Assembly (NCBI GenBank): GCA_951406725.2
Contig: OX597826.1
Span: forward strand, 73,222,001-73,286,000
Direction: 5' to 3'
Source of the DNA: Octopus vulgaris
Lineage: Eukaryota
DNA length: 64,000 bases
This document shows positions 39,380-52,655 of this stretch, piece by piece. Each line of letters opens with the position of its first letter. Position 1 is the first letter of the stretch. The notes beneath the pieces were generated by a model that saw only the letters and a list, made by a program, of their open reading frames with translations, did no database searches and was not told the DNA's origin. The position numbers and the translations under genes are program-made.

Positions 39380-40400
39380 TGTCCCCGTTTACAAGAATGG
39401 ATAATATTTTCGAAATCTCATTCTGAAAAATTATTGGATGTTTTAATATCAGAAATACCGCCGTCAAGCTCAGCTGACAGTTTTATGAGTCATTGATATA
39501 TGGGTTAACCTTTTCTCCGGTTCTGTTATTGACAATCTGTGAATTTCCAAACAAATTGGCCTCTTTCTATTTCAGTGTGGCTGCGTGTAGATGTCAGTAG
39601 TTTCAGACCTTTAAGGTATATGTAGGAAATCCTCTGCTGCTTCATTCAGTTAGAAGATTATGTGGCTGTGTGGTAAGTAGCTTGCTAACCAACCACATGG
39701 TTCCGGGTTCAGTCCCACTGCGTGGCACCTTGGGCAAGTGTCTTCTACTATAGCCTCGGGCCGACCAAAGCCTTGTGAGTGGATTTGGTAGACGGAAACT
39801 GAAAGAAGCCTGTCGTATATATATATATGTATATATATATATGTGTGTGTGTGTGTGTTTGTGTGTCTGTGTTTGTCCCCCTAGCATTGCTTGACAACCG
39901 ATGCTGGTGTTTTTACGTCCCCGTCACTTAGCGGTTCGGCAAAACAGACCGATAAAATAAGTCCTGGGCTTACAAAGAATAAGTCCCGGGGTCGATTTGC
40001 TCGACTAAAGGCGGTGCTCCAGCATGGCCGCAGTCAAATGACTGAAACAAGTAAAAGAGAAAAGAGAGAGTATACCAGCGTTTTAGAGAGGTATGTTTCT
40101 CTAAGCTATCAGAGTAAGAAATCCCTGAGCTTACAAGTATGTAGTATGAATCTATTTAAGCGTATTTTTAGGTTGTTGTTTGAGACCCAGAAAGCACATT
40201 ATTTAAGCTAGAGTAGCTGACTTTAACGTTTCTAGTGTTGAAGAGTTTCTTATATTTGTGCGTAGGTGGAAAATGTTTTCTTTGTAGTGTTAGGAAATTC
40301 CGCGTTATATTGGTAGCAACATTTGTGGATTAAAGCAGATTACCGTTCTCGCCTTGGTTGCTCTATTTTGTAGTGGATGTTCTAAGAACACACGTTTCTC
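39380..40400 (-). mobile_element. Highly decayed Penelope-like element (possibly Naiad-type), interrupted by a SINE
   Basis: Minus strand reads RTVICFNPQ..NVATNITRNFLTL..KHFPPTHKYKKLFNTRNVKVSYSS and, further on, PY..DS*NCQLSLTAVFLIL. These resemble the PLE WFNPPYS/KVSYSC linker and the CxLCLxE endonuclease end. Confidence 0.6.
39661..40066 (+). mobile_element. SINE family B (tRNA head, CORE-like domain, internal microsatellite, LINE-like tail)
   Basis: A box TGGCTGTGTGG, B box GGTTCAGTCCC, CORE-like ACCTTGGGCAAGTGTCTT, internal (TA)n(TG)n, tail CCAGCATGGCCGCAGTCAAATGACTGAAACAAGTAAAAG. Other copies at about 3900-4150, 6660-7020, 19145-19635, 23222-23680(-), 24460-24750, 30541-31860(-), 33295-33750(-), 34107-34545(-), 34833-35155(-), 42910-43318(-), 46500-46710, 48515-48890 and 57455-58020. 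Confidence 0.85.
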
Positions 40401-41773
40401 GCTAAATCCAAGTTTTGGTGACGTCGTTGTAATAATCCTTTCTACAATAGGCGCAAGGCCTGAAATTTGGGTGAGGGGGATGGTCAATTACATTGACCCC
40501 CTATTATTCCGAAAGGATGAAAAGCAAAGTCGACCTCGACGGAATTTGAATTCAGAAGGTGAAGACGGACGAAATACTGCTGAGAATTTCGCCCGGCGTG
40601 CTAACGTTTTTGCCAGCTGGTCGCCTTAATAATGGCATACCTAACTGAAAATGCTCCTGTTTTATTAGGGCTGAAATATTTTTTACTCATGCAAGACTGC
40701 TTGCAAATTATGGTTGGAAGCTGATTGTATATGTATATAGTTTCCTCGTTGGTTTATCCTGGGGGTAATAATTGCTTGTGTTTAAATCATATATATAATA
40801 TACACACGCTTCTTCAATTCAATAAAAATTGTCATTATTGCGTAAGACGGTTGACTCCGGTACGTAATACAGTCGATTTATTTCCTTGAAGTTATCAGAA
40901 AAATATATATATATAATATGCCTGCATTAATATAACCTTTGTATACAAATTATGTGCCACTTAGTAGGTATAGCAGAACAGGGGGTGATAGATTGTGAAA
41001 TGATAGGATTGTGTGAGAGAGAAGTAATGAGGTGGAGATAAGAAGGCTTTTATAACCACAATTATCCCTGTACACATTTCTGCCTGTTCTCACACATTCG
41101 CATCACTACATATAGATGCATAGTAAAAATGAACGAAGAAAATAAAATGTTCTCGAGAAATGTGACACCATTGATTACAAGAACAGCAACAACAACAAAA
41201 ACAAGGAGAGTCAACGGCATACAACAAATTACGGGACCAAGACGCTGGGCGCCGTTTGTATTTTATGTGATATCTGGGTAAAAGCAGTACACTGCCCTCG
41301 GTTGCTATGTTCGTAAAACAAAAGACAATAACAGGTCATTTGTTACGTATCCTTCACACACACGTGCACAAACATGCACACCTGCACACATCCATTGACG
41401 CTCACACGCATAGAAGAAAGGAATTCGTGTCGGAGAAAGGTCGAGGAGACTTCGTGTCGGAGGCGATCCGGGTGTGTGACATTGACAAACCGCAAGAACT
41501 GCGAAATGCGTATCTGGCACTCTCACATTCGCTTCCGAGACGATTTCGTTCCGTCTAGCTCTGAAGTATATTGTGTCCTTTTAATTTTTTTTAGTACAAC
41601 GCATATAAAGGGATCTTTCCTGAGATGACCGCTGCAGCTTCTAACTTTCCAAAGATTCACACACGTTAGATATGTTATATACATACATACATACATACAT
41701 AGATGCATCCATATATAAATACATATATACACATATACATATATATACATATATATATTTATACGTATATACA

Positions 41774-41901
<128 letters not shown>

Positions 41902-42029
41902 CACATATACATGTATGTATGTATATATATATCTACATATATATACATATATATATAGATATGTTTACATATATATACATGCACACACACATATATATAC
42001 ATAAATATATTCTAGAGTATTGACCTCAT

Positions 42030-42152
42030 TTCTTTATTTATAGGATTAAACAAGATTAAAGAATAAACAGTTAAGCTAATGCATTACGATATATATATAT
42101 CGTAATGTGTTAACTGTTATTGTTTAATCTTGTTTAATCCTACGAATAAAAG
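42030..42152. repeat. Imperfect inverted repeat centred on (TA)n
   Basis: TAGGATTAAACAAGATTAAA...AACAGTTAA..CATTACGA (TA)n TCGTAATG..TTAACTGTT...TTTAATCTTGTTTAATCCTA. Confidence 0.7.
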
Positions 42153-42359
42153 AAATCGGGCCAACACGAAACGTCACAACTGCGTTCATGACATCACATC
42201 ATGTTCTCGTCTCGCATTTCATGGCGTCCCACCGATTTGACTTCTCACTTCTCATGATGCCAAGCCATCTTCTTGTCTTTTTGTTTTGATAAGCTAATTT
42301 CCTCATGCACGCTTTGTTTCTTTTATAGTATAGGTCTAGATAGGTTTAGAATGATAGAA

Positions 42360-42900
<541 letters not shown>

Positions 42901-43341
42901 TTCTTTTATTCTTTTGTTTCAGTCATTTGACTGCGGCCATGCTGGGGTACCGCCATTAGTCGAGCAAATCGACCCCGGGACTTATTCTTTGTAAGCCCAG
43001 TACTTATTCTATCGGTCTCTTATCGCCGAACCGCTATGTTACTAGGACGTAAATACACCAGCATCGGTTGCCAAGCGATGTTGGGGGGACAAACAGACAC
43101 ACCACCATACACACACAAACATGCATACACACACATATATATATATATATGCATATATACGACGAGCTTCTTTCAGTTTCCGTCTACCAAATCCACTCAC
43201 AAGCATTTGGTCGGCCAGAGGCTATAGTAGAAGACACTTGTCGAAGGTGCCACGCAGTGGGACTGAACCCGGAACCATGCGGTTGGTAAGCAAGTTACTT
43301 ACCACACAGCCACTCCTGCAGCTATATATATATATATATAT

Positions 43342-43432
<91 letters not shown>

Positions 43433-43467
43433 TAGATGGATAGATAGATAGATAAATATATATATAT

Positions 43468-43502
<35 letters not shown>

Positions 43503-44389
43503 TAGATAGATACATACATACATACATACATATATACATACATACATACATACATACATACATACATACATAAATACATACATACATATATATATAGAGA
43601 GAGACACACACACGTGTGTGTGTGCGCGCGCACGCATATGTATATGTATATATGCTAGCAGACTAGCAGACCGAAGCTTCAAAATCACTACCACCCGTTT
43701 TTAGGCAAAGTCTAATAAATATATGTGCGCACACACACCCACACATACACACTCACATACAGGTACGTACGTACATACATATGCGTACATATTTATACAT
43801 CTACATACTGTTAAAATTATGTGTTTAATGTCTATGTGTGGGTGTCTGTATATCTGTGTCTGCGTGTGCGTGTCTGTATTTGTCTGTGTGTCTGTGCGTG
43901 GGCGTCTGTATATTGATGTCTGATCGTCCGTGTGTATGTATGTGTGTATCTGTCTGTCTGTGTTCGGAATGTATAAGTCAATATTTCTTTAGATTTGTTG
44001 ACATTTTCACTTTATTATTTGCAATAAAGCCATTTGTTGCTATGTTCAGAATAAACAAAATGAGATCTAATAAAGATTTTTATTTAAAACATCGCTATAG
44101 ACTGAATAAATATCTTTCAGTATTCAATAAAAGTATTTTTTTTCTTTACTTAAAATTGAGTTGGCTTTCAGGAATTTTTATGTACTTCCATGTCCTGTAT
44201 TTGTTTCTATTGGAATCGAAATTCATGGCCACATGTCTGTCTGTCTGTTGTTGTTTAGATGCAGACGAGTTCTCGCGTTGAATAGGCGTACGATCAAAGG
44301 CATTCCAGATGCGCATGTCAAGGGAGATATGGTTCGCGTAATGTGAGACAGAATTGGTTACTATTTCTAGTCGGCTCATTGGCTGGAAC

Positions 44390-44431
44390 AAGAAAGAAAG
44401 AATGAAAGAAAGAAAGGAAGGAAAGAAGGAA

Positions 44432-44501
<70 letters not shown>

Positions 44502-44566
44502 ATGAAAGGAAGAAAGAAAGAAAGAATGAAAGAAAGAAAGAAAGGAAGAAAGAAGGAAAGAAAGAC

Positions 44567-44624
<58 letters not shown>

Positions 44625-44625
44625 T

Positions 44626-44661
<36 letters not shown>

Positions 44662-44680
44662 AAAAAAGAAAGGAAGAAAG
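44390..44680. repeat. (GAAA)n purine tract
   Basis: Direct reading. Confidence 0.95.
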
Positions 44681-45357
44681 ATCTTTTTCTGTCTGAACCG
44701 GTCTCGAGAACACAAAATCCTTTCTTCTAAACGTCAGCCATTTTAGAGCATTCTAATTGTGTTCAGCTTTTTCTAATTGTGTTCAGACCCAGTATATGTT
44801 GTAATTATCGAAATATCATCTGTATACAATCACTGGATCAGAAACAGACAGAGAAGTCGTGATTTCCAGTTCAGCCATGCAGAAACCAGCAAATGACAAA
44901 CGAAAAGACAATATCATCTTCCATTAGAGAAATATTCTGCAGTCAGGTATCTGAAAACACTACAACTGCTGCTGCTGCTGCTGCCCCTGCTGCTACTGCT
45001 GATGTTTTCTACTTATGGCTGCTATCCTTGTAAACGGATGAATAATAAGGTGTTGTAGTTATTTTATTATATTACTTCAGTGATGTGGATTGCCGTCACC
45101 GCCGCCGCCGCCGTCGTCATCAGTGGGGAGACAGCTCCAGTAAAATAGACTAATATAATAATACCACAATTGTCCTTGCCATAAATTTTGTCGACCAATT
45201 CATCTGGCAACCGTACACCACTCTTGTACGCCATATTAGCTTTTATCATTCCGTTCGATCTTCTGCTAATCTCCGTGTTGATGCGAAGGTTTCGTAGACA
45301 CTGTTGGCCTAATTGGATGGCAGCGCTGCTAGGAACCAGTCAGGAGATGCGTGTCCG

Positions 45358-45880
45358 GTTGCTTTTGTTGTTGTTGTTGTTGTTGTTGCTATTGTTATTG
45401 ATATTGTTGCTATTGTTGTTGATGCTGTTGCTATTGTTGATGATGTTGTTGCTTTTGTTGTTGTTGTTGTTGTTGCTGCTATTGTTGTTGCTTTTGTTGT
45501 TGTTGCTATTGTTTTTGATGTTGTTGCTATTGTTGTTGATGTTGTTGCTATTATTGCTGTTGCTATTGTTGTTGTTGCGATTGTTGTTGTTGTCGTTGTT
45601 GTTGCTTTTGTTGTTGCGATTGTTGTTGCTATTGTTTTTGATGTTGTTGCTGCTGCTGCTGCTGCTGTTGTTGTTGTTGTTGTTGTTGTTGTTGCTATTG
45701 TTTTTGATGTTGTTGCTGCTGCTGCTGCTGCTGTTGTTGTTGTTGTTGTTGTTGTTGCTATTGTTTTTGATGTTGTTGCTTTTGTCATTGTTGTTGTTGT
45801 TGTTGCTATTGCTGTTGCTATTGTTGTTGTTGTTCTGCTACTGCTGCACTGGTTGCCGTTGCTGTTGTTGTTGTTGTTGC
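45358..45880. repeat. Degenerate (GTT/GCT/ATT)n tract
   Basis: Direct reading. Confidence 0.95.
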
Positions 45881-46465
45881 CCTGGTTCACTTTCATTTGC
45901 GCGCGTTTAGACGTTTATTTCGCCTAATTTTCACTTGACTGGTGTTGCCCTAATTAATCACCCGTCGCCTTCCTCATCGCCACCACCACCACCACCATCA
46001 CCACCACCAGCATCACCATCACCATCGCCATAACTGTCATTCGCTTTCTCCGAAAACCATCCGTAATCATCATCATCATCATCATCATCATCACCAGCTC
46101 CATCATCATCATCATCTTCAAAAACATTCATCATCGTTATCGTTATCATCCTCATCACGCAATGTCTCATCACCATTATCCCCATCGCCACTGCCACCAT
46201 CAACACCAGCCACCACACCTTCCTCACTGCTAACACCATCATCATCATCATCATCATCGCCATCACCATCACCACTATCAATCAATACAATCAATCACCA
46301 TCACCACCACGACCGCCACCTCTTCCACCATTATCATCATCACTGCTAACAACACCAACACCAACCCCAGCACTACCATACTACTACTCTTACCACTACC
46401 ACTACTACTTCCATCATCACTACCACCATTATCATCATCATCATCAAATGCTCACTTGGGTGATT

Positions 46466-46504
<39 letters not shown>

Positions 46505-46856
46505 CTGTATTTGTCCCCCAACATCGCTTGACAACCGATGCTGGTGTGTTTACCTCCCCGTAAGTTAGCGGTTCGTCAAAAGAGACCGATAGAATAAGTA
46601 CTAGGCTTACAAAGAATAAGACCTGGGGGCGATTTGCTCGACGAAAGAAAGGCAGTGCTCCAGCATGGACACAGTCAAATGACTGAAACAAGTAAAAGAG
46701 TAAAAAGAGTATATATATATGTGTGTGTTTGTGTGTGTGTGTGTGTATGTGTGTGTGTGTATGTATGTATGTATGTATGTATGTATGTATGTATGTATGT
46801 ATGCTTGCATGCATGTATGTACGCATGTATGTATGCATGCATGCATATATATGTAT

Positions 46857-47068
46857 ATTTCAAAATGTAACCACGTGTGAATCGTTCGCGATTTTCTTCC
46901 TCCGTCTTCTATAACTTTTAGACTTTCCTCTATTTCTGACGAAGAGCTTCGCTCGAAACGTTAAATCCTCTTTCTTTTCTTTCCTGACCATCTGATGATT
47001 TATTATTTGTACCACATACTCGCGTTGTTGTTTTTTTCAGATTCGTTCTTCTTTGTTTCAATTCACTG
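46857..47068 (+). mobile_element. Solo PLE pseudo-LTR containing a minimal hammerhead
   Basis: Homologous (reverse complement) to 63504-63710. Microsatellite on both flanks. Confidence 0.7.
46932..46966 (+). ncRNA. Minimal hammerhead ribozyme (loop-less helix III)
   Basis: ATTT-CTGACGA-A-GAGC TTC GCTC-GAAAC-GTT-AAAT. Confidence 0.85.
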
Positions 47069-47304
47069 TATGTATATATATATATATATATATATATACA
47101 CAATTATATATATATGTATGTATATATATATACATATATATATGTATGTGTATATATATATATGGATATGTGTATATACATATATATATGTGTATGTGTA
47201 TCTATATATATTATATACATATGTATATATATATATATGCATATATATATATATATGTATATACTTATATGTATGTATATATATATACAGATATATATGT
47301 GTGT

Positions 47305-47344
<40 letters not shown>

Positions 47345-47351
47345 ATGTATG

Positions 47352-47410
<59 letters not shown>

Positions 47411-47497
47411 ATATATTATATGTAATGCATGTGTATTGTTTTCTGATAATTAAATTATATATTATGCACTTTGTTGTGTTTTGTTGTGCGTGTGTGA

Positions 47498-47567
47498 TCC
47501 ACTGGTCTGTGGAAAAATTGTTTTACATGAAACCAGTCCGTGCTGCAAAAGAGTTTGGTGCGCGCTG
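47498..47567 (+). mobile_element. hAT/Charlie MITE 3' end (MER1-like)
   Basis: GGTCTGTGGAAAAATTGTTTTACATGAAACCAGTCCGTGCTGCAAAAGAGTTTGGTGCGCGCTG resembles the MER1/Charlie terminus. Confidence 0.5.
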
Positions 47568-47964
47568 CCTTTGAAGGTGTTTTCGTCTGGTAATTGCATA
47601 GAAAATCTCAGATAATTGAAGTTTTTGAACTCGCTACGTTTCATACGTGCAACTCCACCGTAAAACTTCCAGCAGTATATGAAGTATCTGAGAACTAGTT
47701 TAGTCATTTGGTTTCTGTTAGATTGAATGTAAGGAATCATCAATAGAATGTGACCTTTTATCACAGAACTTCAGTCTATTGTTGTATTAAAGTAAGTCTG
47801 GGTCTTAGCTGGAGTTTGAAACCTTTCGGTCGGCCTGCCGATATTTTAATGTCAGCATGCACTTCGCTCAACACTCTGATTCTAACTGATTACACACTCG
47901 TGCGCGAAAACACATGCGCACCACACACTCACACATACATTTGAATATACACATATACGTGTTT

Positions 47965-48067
<103 letters not shown>

Positions 48068-48201
48068 GTCTACATATATATATATATATGTATATATATT
48101 TATATATATACATAAATATATATATACGTACATGTATGTATACACACACACATATAGTACATGTATGTATATACTTGCATCATATATAGGAGGAGGACGA
48201 C

Positions 48202-48309
<108 letters not shown>

Positions 48310-49703
48310 TACGTAAGAAAATGGTAGGTATATGAATATGAAAGTACTGGAGCGAATTGTGAGAAAGAAGCAAAAAAGCAGGGAATTGGAACGAAGGAAA
48401 GAAGTTAATTTATTAAAGCTAACGTGTAGGAATTAAGTCTGTCCAGCAACTGGATGCTCTTCGTCGAAACCGACGCAAAACCCATCATGTAATTTTATTT
48501 CATATTCAGATATGCCGTGTTATGTAGCTTACTTAACAACTTACCACATGGTTCTGGGCTCAGTCCCACTGTGTGGCATCTTGGGCAAGTGTCTTTTACT
48601 ATAACCTCGGGCCGACAAAAGCCTTGTGAGTAGATTTGGTTGACGGAAACTGAAAGAAGCCCGTCGTCTATATATATGTGTGTGTGTGTGTGTTTTCCCC
48701 TCACCCCTACCATCACTTGACAACCGATACTGGTGTCTTTACGTCCCCGTAACTTAGCGTTTCAGCAAAAGGGTCCGATAAAATAAGTACTAGGCTTTCA
48801 AAGAATAAGTCCTGGGGTCGATTTGCTCGACTAAAGGCGATGCTCCAGCATGGCCGCAGTCAAATGACTGAAACAAATAAAAGAATAAAAGAACGTCTGA
48901 TCATTCCATGTGTTTGAATACATTATTAAATATAAATGGTTTCACATTTTGATACAATGCCAGCAATTTTGCTGGAGAGGAGGAAATCGATTACATTTGA
49001 TCCCCAGTATCTGACTGGTACTTATTTTGTCGACATTGAACGAATGAAAGGGAAAGTTGACTTCGGCAGCACTTAAACTCAGAACGTAAAGAGCTAAAAG
49101 AAATGTCGCTAAGCATTTTGTCCGACGCACTAACGATTCTGCACGCTCGCCGCCTTACTCTATATAAAAAATCTAGATAAACATCTATACAGAAAGGAAC
49201 ATACAGAAAGCTGTATTAGTCAAGCTTGTGTGTGAGAGTTGAAGAAGATGAAGAAAGGAAGAGAAACGGGAGAGTCTGAATAAAATAAACAAGAATAAAT
49301 GAGACGAAGAGAGGTACAAATGTTGACAATACAAGCAGAACAGCTTATTGGGATTAAAATATAAGCAACATGGCGTCTAGGATTTGATTAACAAAAACCA
49401 GATAAGATTTCTTTTTTCTTTTTTTTTTTTCCAATTATGAAATAAAAACAGTTTATCGTCTGTTTGAAGTTCTCATACAAAATATCTTTCAGCAAATTCT
49501 CAGCTAATAGGCTTTGAGAAAAAAATGCGAATTATGAAGAAGTCTAAATTTTTAACCTCAATTTTAGAAAAAAATTGAACGTTTTTCTTATATTTATAAT
49601 CTACACAACATTTTCGATTGGTTTGGTCACTTGTCGTCATCATAAAGGGCTTTATACTTGGATATATATATATGTAGTGCTATACAGTATTTAGCACATC
49701 TAT

Positions 49704-49750
<47 letters not shown>

Positions 49751-49797
49751 CCAGTCTGTCTGCCTGTCTATTTATCTGTCTGTCTATCTATTTGTCC

Positions 49798-49838
<41 letters not shown>

Positions 49839-50044
49839 TACTTCCACACACATACATACACACACACCCACATACACCCACGCGCACACACACATGCCTT
49901 TATACACACACATAAACGTACACACAACCACATACACGCACGCACATACACACAAGTACGCACATATACGCCTACACAAACCCCCCCACACACACAACTC
50001 CACACATAACCCACGCACACACGTATACACAAATTCACATACAC

Positions 50045-50919
50045 ACACGAAAAGTAAGTAAGCATTAAAAATTGATAATAAAATCCATATTCCTTTAACG
50101 AATTTATTGAAACAAATTATACATGTTCTCTATTACATGGGAAAAAATGAAAGTAAATCTTCAACCAGTTTCCTCAAACGGCCAGGGATGGAATGAACAA
50201 CCTTCTGAAAGACGTCGTCTGGGATACCATCGAGACGAGTACCTCCTGAATCCATGCTGTCAGTCCTCTAGTATGCGAGGTTTTGTCTTGTACACCTATT
50301 TTGTGTAACCTCGCAGGTAAAAATCAGATCGAGTGAGATCTGGACTTCTTGGAGACTATTCATGAGATCCGCGTTGTCCCATCAGGTTTTAACTCCTGCA
50401 CGCAATGGGGTTTCCACGGACGGAAATTCAATTCTTTATGCAACACAATACGTGTTGTGTGTCTTGTTAGTCCACTTTCACGAGCTGTTTGACGTGTTGA
50501 TTTTTGTGGGCTGCGATCAAACCTTTCTTGCACTGTTGCCACATTCTCCGCTGATTGGGATGTGGGTGGAGGCCCACTTCTTCATGCAAAGTTCACAGAG
50601 CCCATGGTCATCAGCTTTGCATGACAACTTTTTATTGTCCCTGGACGTAGTGTTGCATGCTTACCTTTCCATGCATGCCACCATCTCTGAACCAAAACAG
50701 TGGAATTCCACACTTCAAAGCGTGCTGCTGTCTTTGCTCGCAACTGAACAGTCAAGCGACCGGCTATCTGGAAAATAAGAAATAAGACAATAAGACAATA
50801 CGAAAATAAGAAATCCCCATTCGTGTTGCCTGTTTGAAAAATGCTTTCCTCATGACTTCAGTGATACTAAAAATACTATAAGCAATTTCTAATGCCAAGT
50901 TACTTTTCACCCACCCTGT
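50045..50919 (-). mobile_element. Internally deleted Tc1/mariner-superfamily transposon
   Basis: End TACAGGGTGGGTGAAAAGTAAC (reverse complement of 50898-50919). ENVATVQERFDRSPQKSTRQTARESGL...LNFRPWKPHCVQELKP and SPRSPDLTRSDFYLRGY..VYKTKP. Confidence 0.85.
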
Positions 50920-50947
50920 ATGTGTGTGTGTATGTGTGTGTGCGTGT

Positions 50948-51024
<77 letters not shown>

Positions 51025-51070
51025 TGTGTATATATATATATACTTTATTTAAAGCAGCAGAAAATTCAAC

Positions 51071-51118
51071 AAAACTTGTTACTCTGAGTTTCCCGTTGCC
51101 GTTCATCGGACAGATTTT
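51071..51118 (-). ncRNA. Hammerhead ribozyme, inverted twin, CCGATGA core
   Basis: Reverse complement: AAAATCTGT-CCGATGA-ACG GCAA CGG-GAAA-CTC A GAG-TA-ACAAGTTTT. Confidence 0.75.
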
Positions 51119-51124
51119 GCTAGC

Positions 51125-51172
51125 AAAAACTGTCCGATGAACGGCAACGGGAAACTCAGAGTAACAGGTTTT
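51125..51172 (+). ncRNA. Hammerhead ribozyme, CCGATGA core variant
   Basis: AAAAACTGT-CCGATGA-ACG GCAA CGG-GAAA-CTC A GAG-TA-ACAGGTTTT. Confidence 0.75.
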
Positions 51173-51379
51173 GTTGAATTTTCTGCTGCTTTAAATAAAG
51201 CATATTACTCTACCACTGGTATTTGAGTACTCTTTTTTCCACCTTGTTTGACATTTATGTGTTTACTCCGGTACATATATATATATATACATATATGTCT
51301 ATCTAGCTTGGTATTTGTCTGTCTGTCTATCTAGCTCTTTGTCTGTTTATCTATCTAACTATCAAGCTGTCTATCTATC

Positions 51380-51823
51380 TAGTTGGTTCGGCCGTCGTCC
51401 GTGCAACATCTATATTCTTTCCTGTGCCTGTGAGAACTTGTATCCCTGCCGTAAGGCTTTATTTCCACACACACCAGCTTAATTTTATTCGTCCTTAGTT
51501 GAAAGACACCTGTTGTTTTGCCCTGTTATTTGTATTTGTGTAACATTCTCCGTTTTCTTCCGTCCTTGTTTTCGTATACATTCGCTGCTTTCTTCCAAGG
51601 AATCTAATGCTCTTAGCTTAGTTTTTCCTTGGGAGTGGCCAGATTGGAGCAATCTCGATTATAACCAGCCGAAATTGCAAAGATAATCTGGAACTCGACT
51701 GAGGAAAGAAAACCCTGAATGACCCGTCCTTGTTTTCTTTGTATCGTCTATCTTGATGTTATGTTGCCCCCCACTTTTTTGTATCATCTGTCTGGATGTT
51801 TTGCATTCTTGTCCCATTTTGTT
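51380..51823 (+). mobile_element. Unclassified repeat, same family as 37808-38035
   Basis: Shared TTCCAAG.AATCTAATGCTC.TAGCTTAGTTTTTCCTTGGG...CAGCCGAAATTGC...GACTGA.GA...GAATG.CCCGTCC. Confidence 0.6.
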
Positions 51824-51841
51824 TATATATATATATATAAT

Positions 51842-52655
51842 GAAGGATTGTGTCCTAGTGGTTACGGTGTGGCACTTACTATCTAGCGATCGTGAGTTTG
51901 ATTTCCGGAACGGGCGGCGAGTTGCGTTCTTGAGTAAAACACCTCACTTCACGTTGCTCCGAGATCATCTCGACATTTGACGAATCACACACTTGTTTAC
52001 CTGTATAGACAAATGCGATTTGATAATGTAGTACGTCTAGAGGTCTAGGGTGGCTTCAAGCATTTCAGCATATTAGAAATAGTAGCCAAATCTCCGTCAA
52101 TTTATTTCTTTATTGCCTTTGGAGGAAAAAGGGACATATTGGATAATGTGGTTCTATTTAGAATATCTGAATAAAAGGTAGAATGGTAACGACTGGAAGA
52201 CGTTCTGATCATAAGTCGGCTGGGTCAGGTCTGACTCGGGGCTAAACAACAGCTTTACATCACACACATCGAGTATCGTATCTACTACATATGTATGCGC
52301 AGCTTTGGACAAGATTCATCTACAAGGCAAGATAGGTGCGTGCATGTCCGAAATATACTGTGGAATGGTCATGGCTGGAACGCCTATGATCAGTGGTCTG
52401 TTGAAGCAGGACTGGCCTGAGGTTAAACAACAATACTATCCACCACAAATGATGTAGTCCTAGGTACTCTACGAGATGGTCATGACTGGAACACCTGAGA
52501 TCATGAATCTGTTCAATAGTGACTGACCTTCGGCTGAACAACAGCACTGCACACCGCAATGATGTAATCCTTGATGCACTATGCGATGTTTATAGCTGCA
52601 ACGTCTATCAGTCATGAGTCTCTTCAATCAAAACTGAACCAAGACTAAACAACAA
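51842..52655 (+). mobile_element. SINE C-type head with tail followed by three diverged tail repeats of about 115 bp
   Basis: Recurrent ATGGTCATG.CTGGAA...GATCA...CTAAACAACA at about 52180-52250, 52365-52432, 52475-52545 and 52585-52655. Confidence 0.6.

Larger units (their letters stand above)
51043..51273 (+). mobile_element. Palindromic twin-hammerhead element (158-bp spacer-less palindrome plus about 73-nt tail)
   Basis: 51043-51200 is self-complementary about 51121/51122 with only 2 mismatched pairs. (TA)n on both flanks. Confidence 0.9.

Noticed and set aside
40040-40056. SINE B tail GAAACAAGTA resembling a hammerhead 3' half
   Set aside because: No CUGANGA upstream of the stem in any copy. 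Better explained as a LINE-type 3' stem-loop.
50587-50621. GCAAAG-CTGATGA...GAA-CTTTGC hammerhead look-alike on the minus strand
   Set aside because: No helix III or UH triplet, and it lies inside a transposase reading frame.
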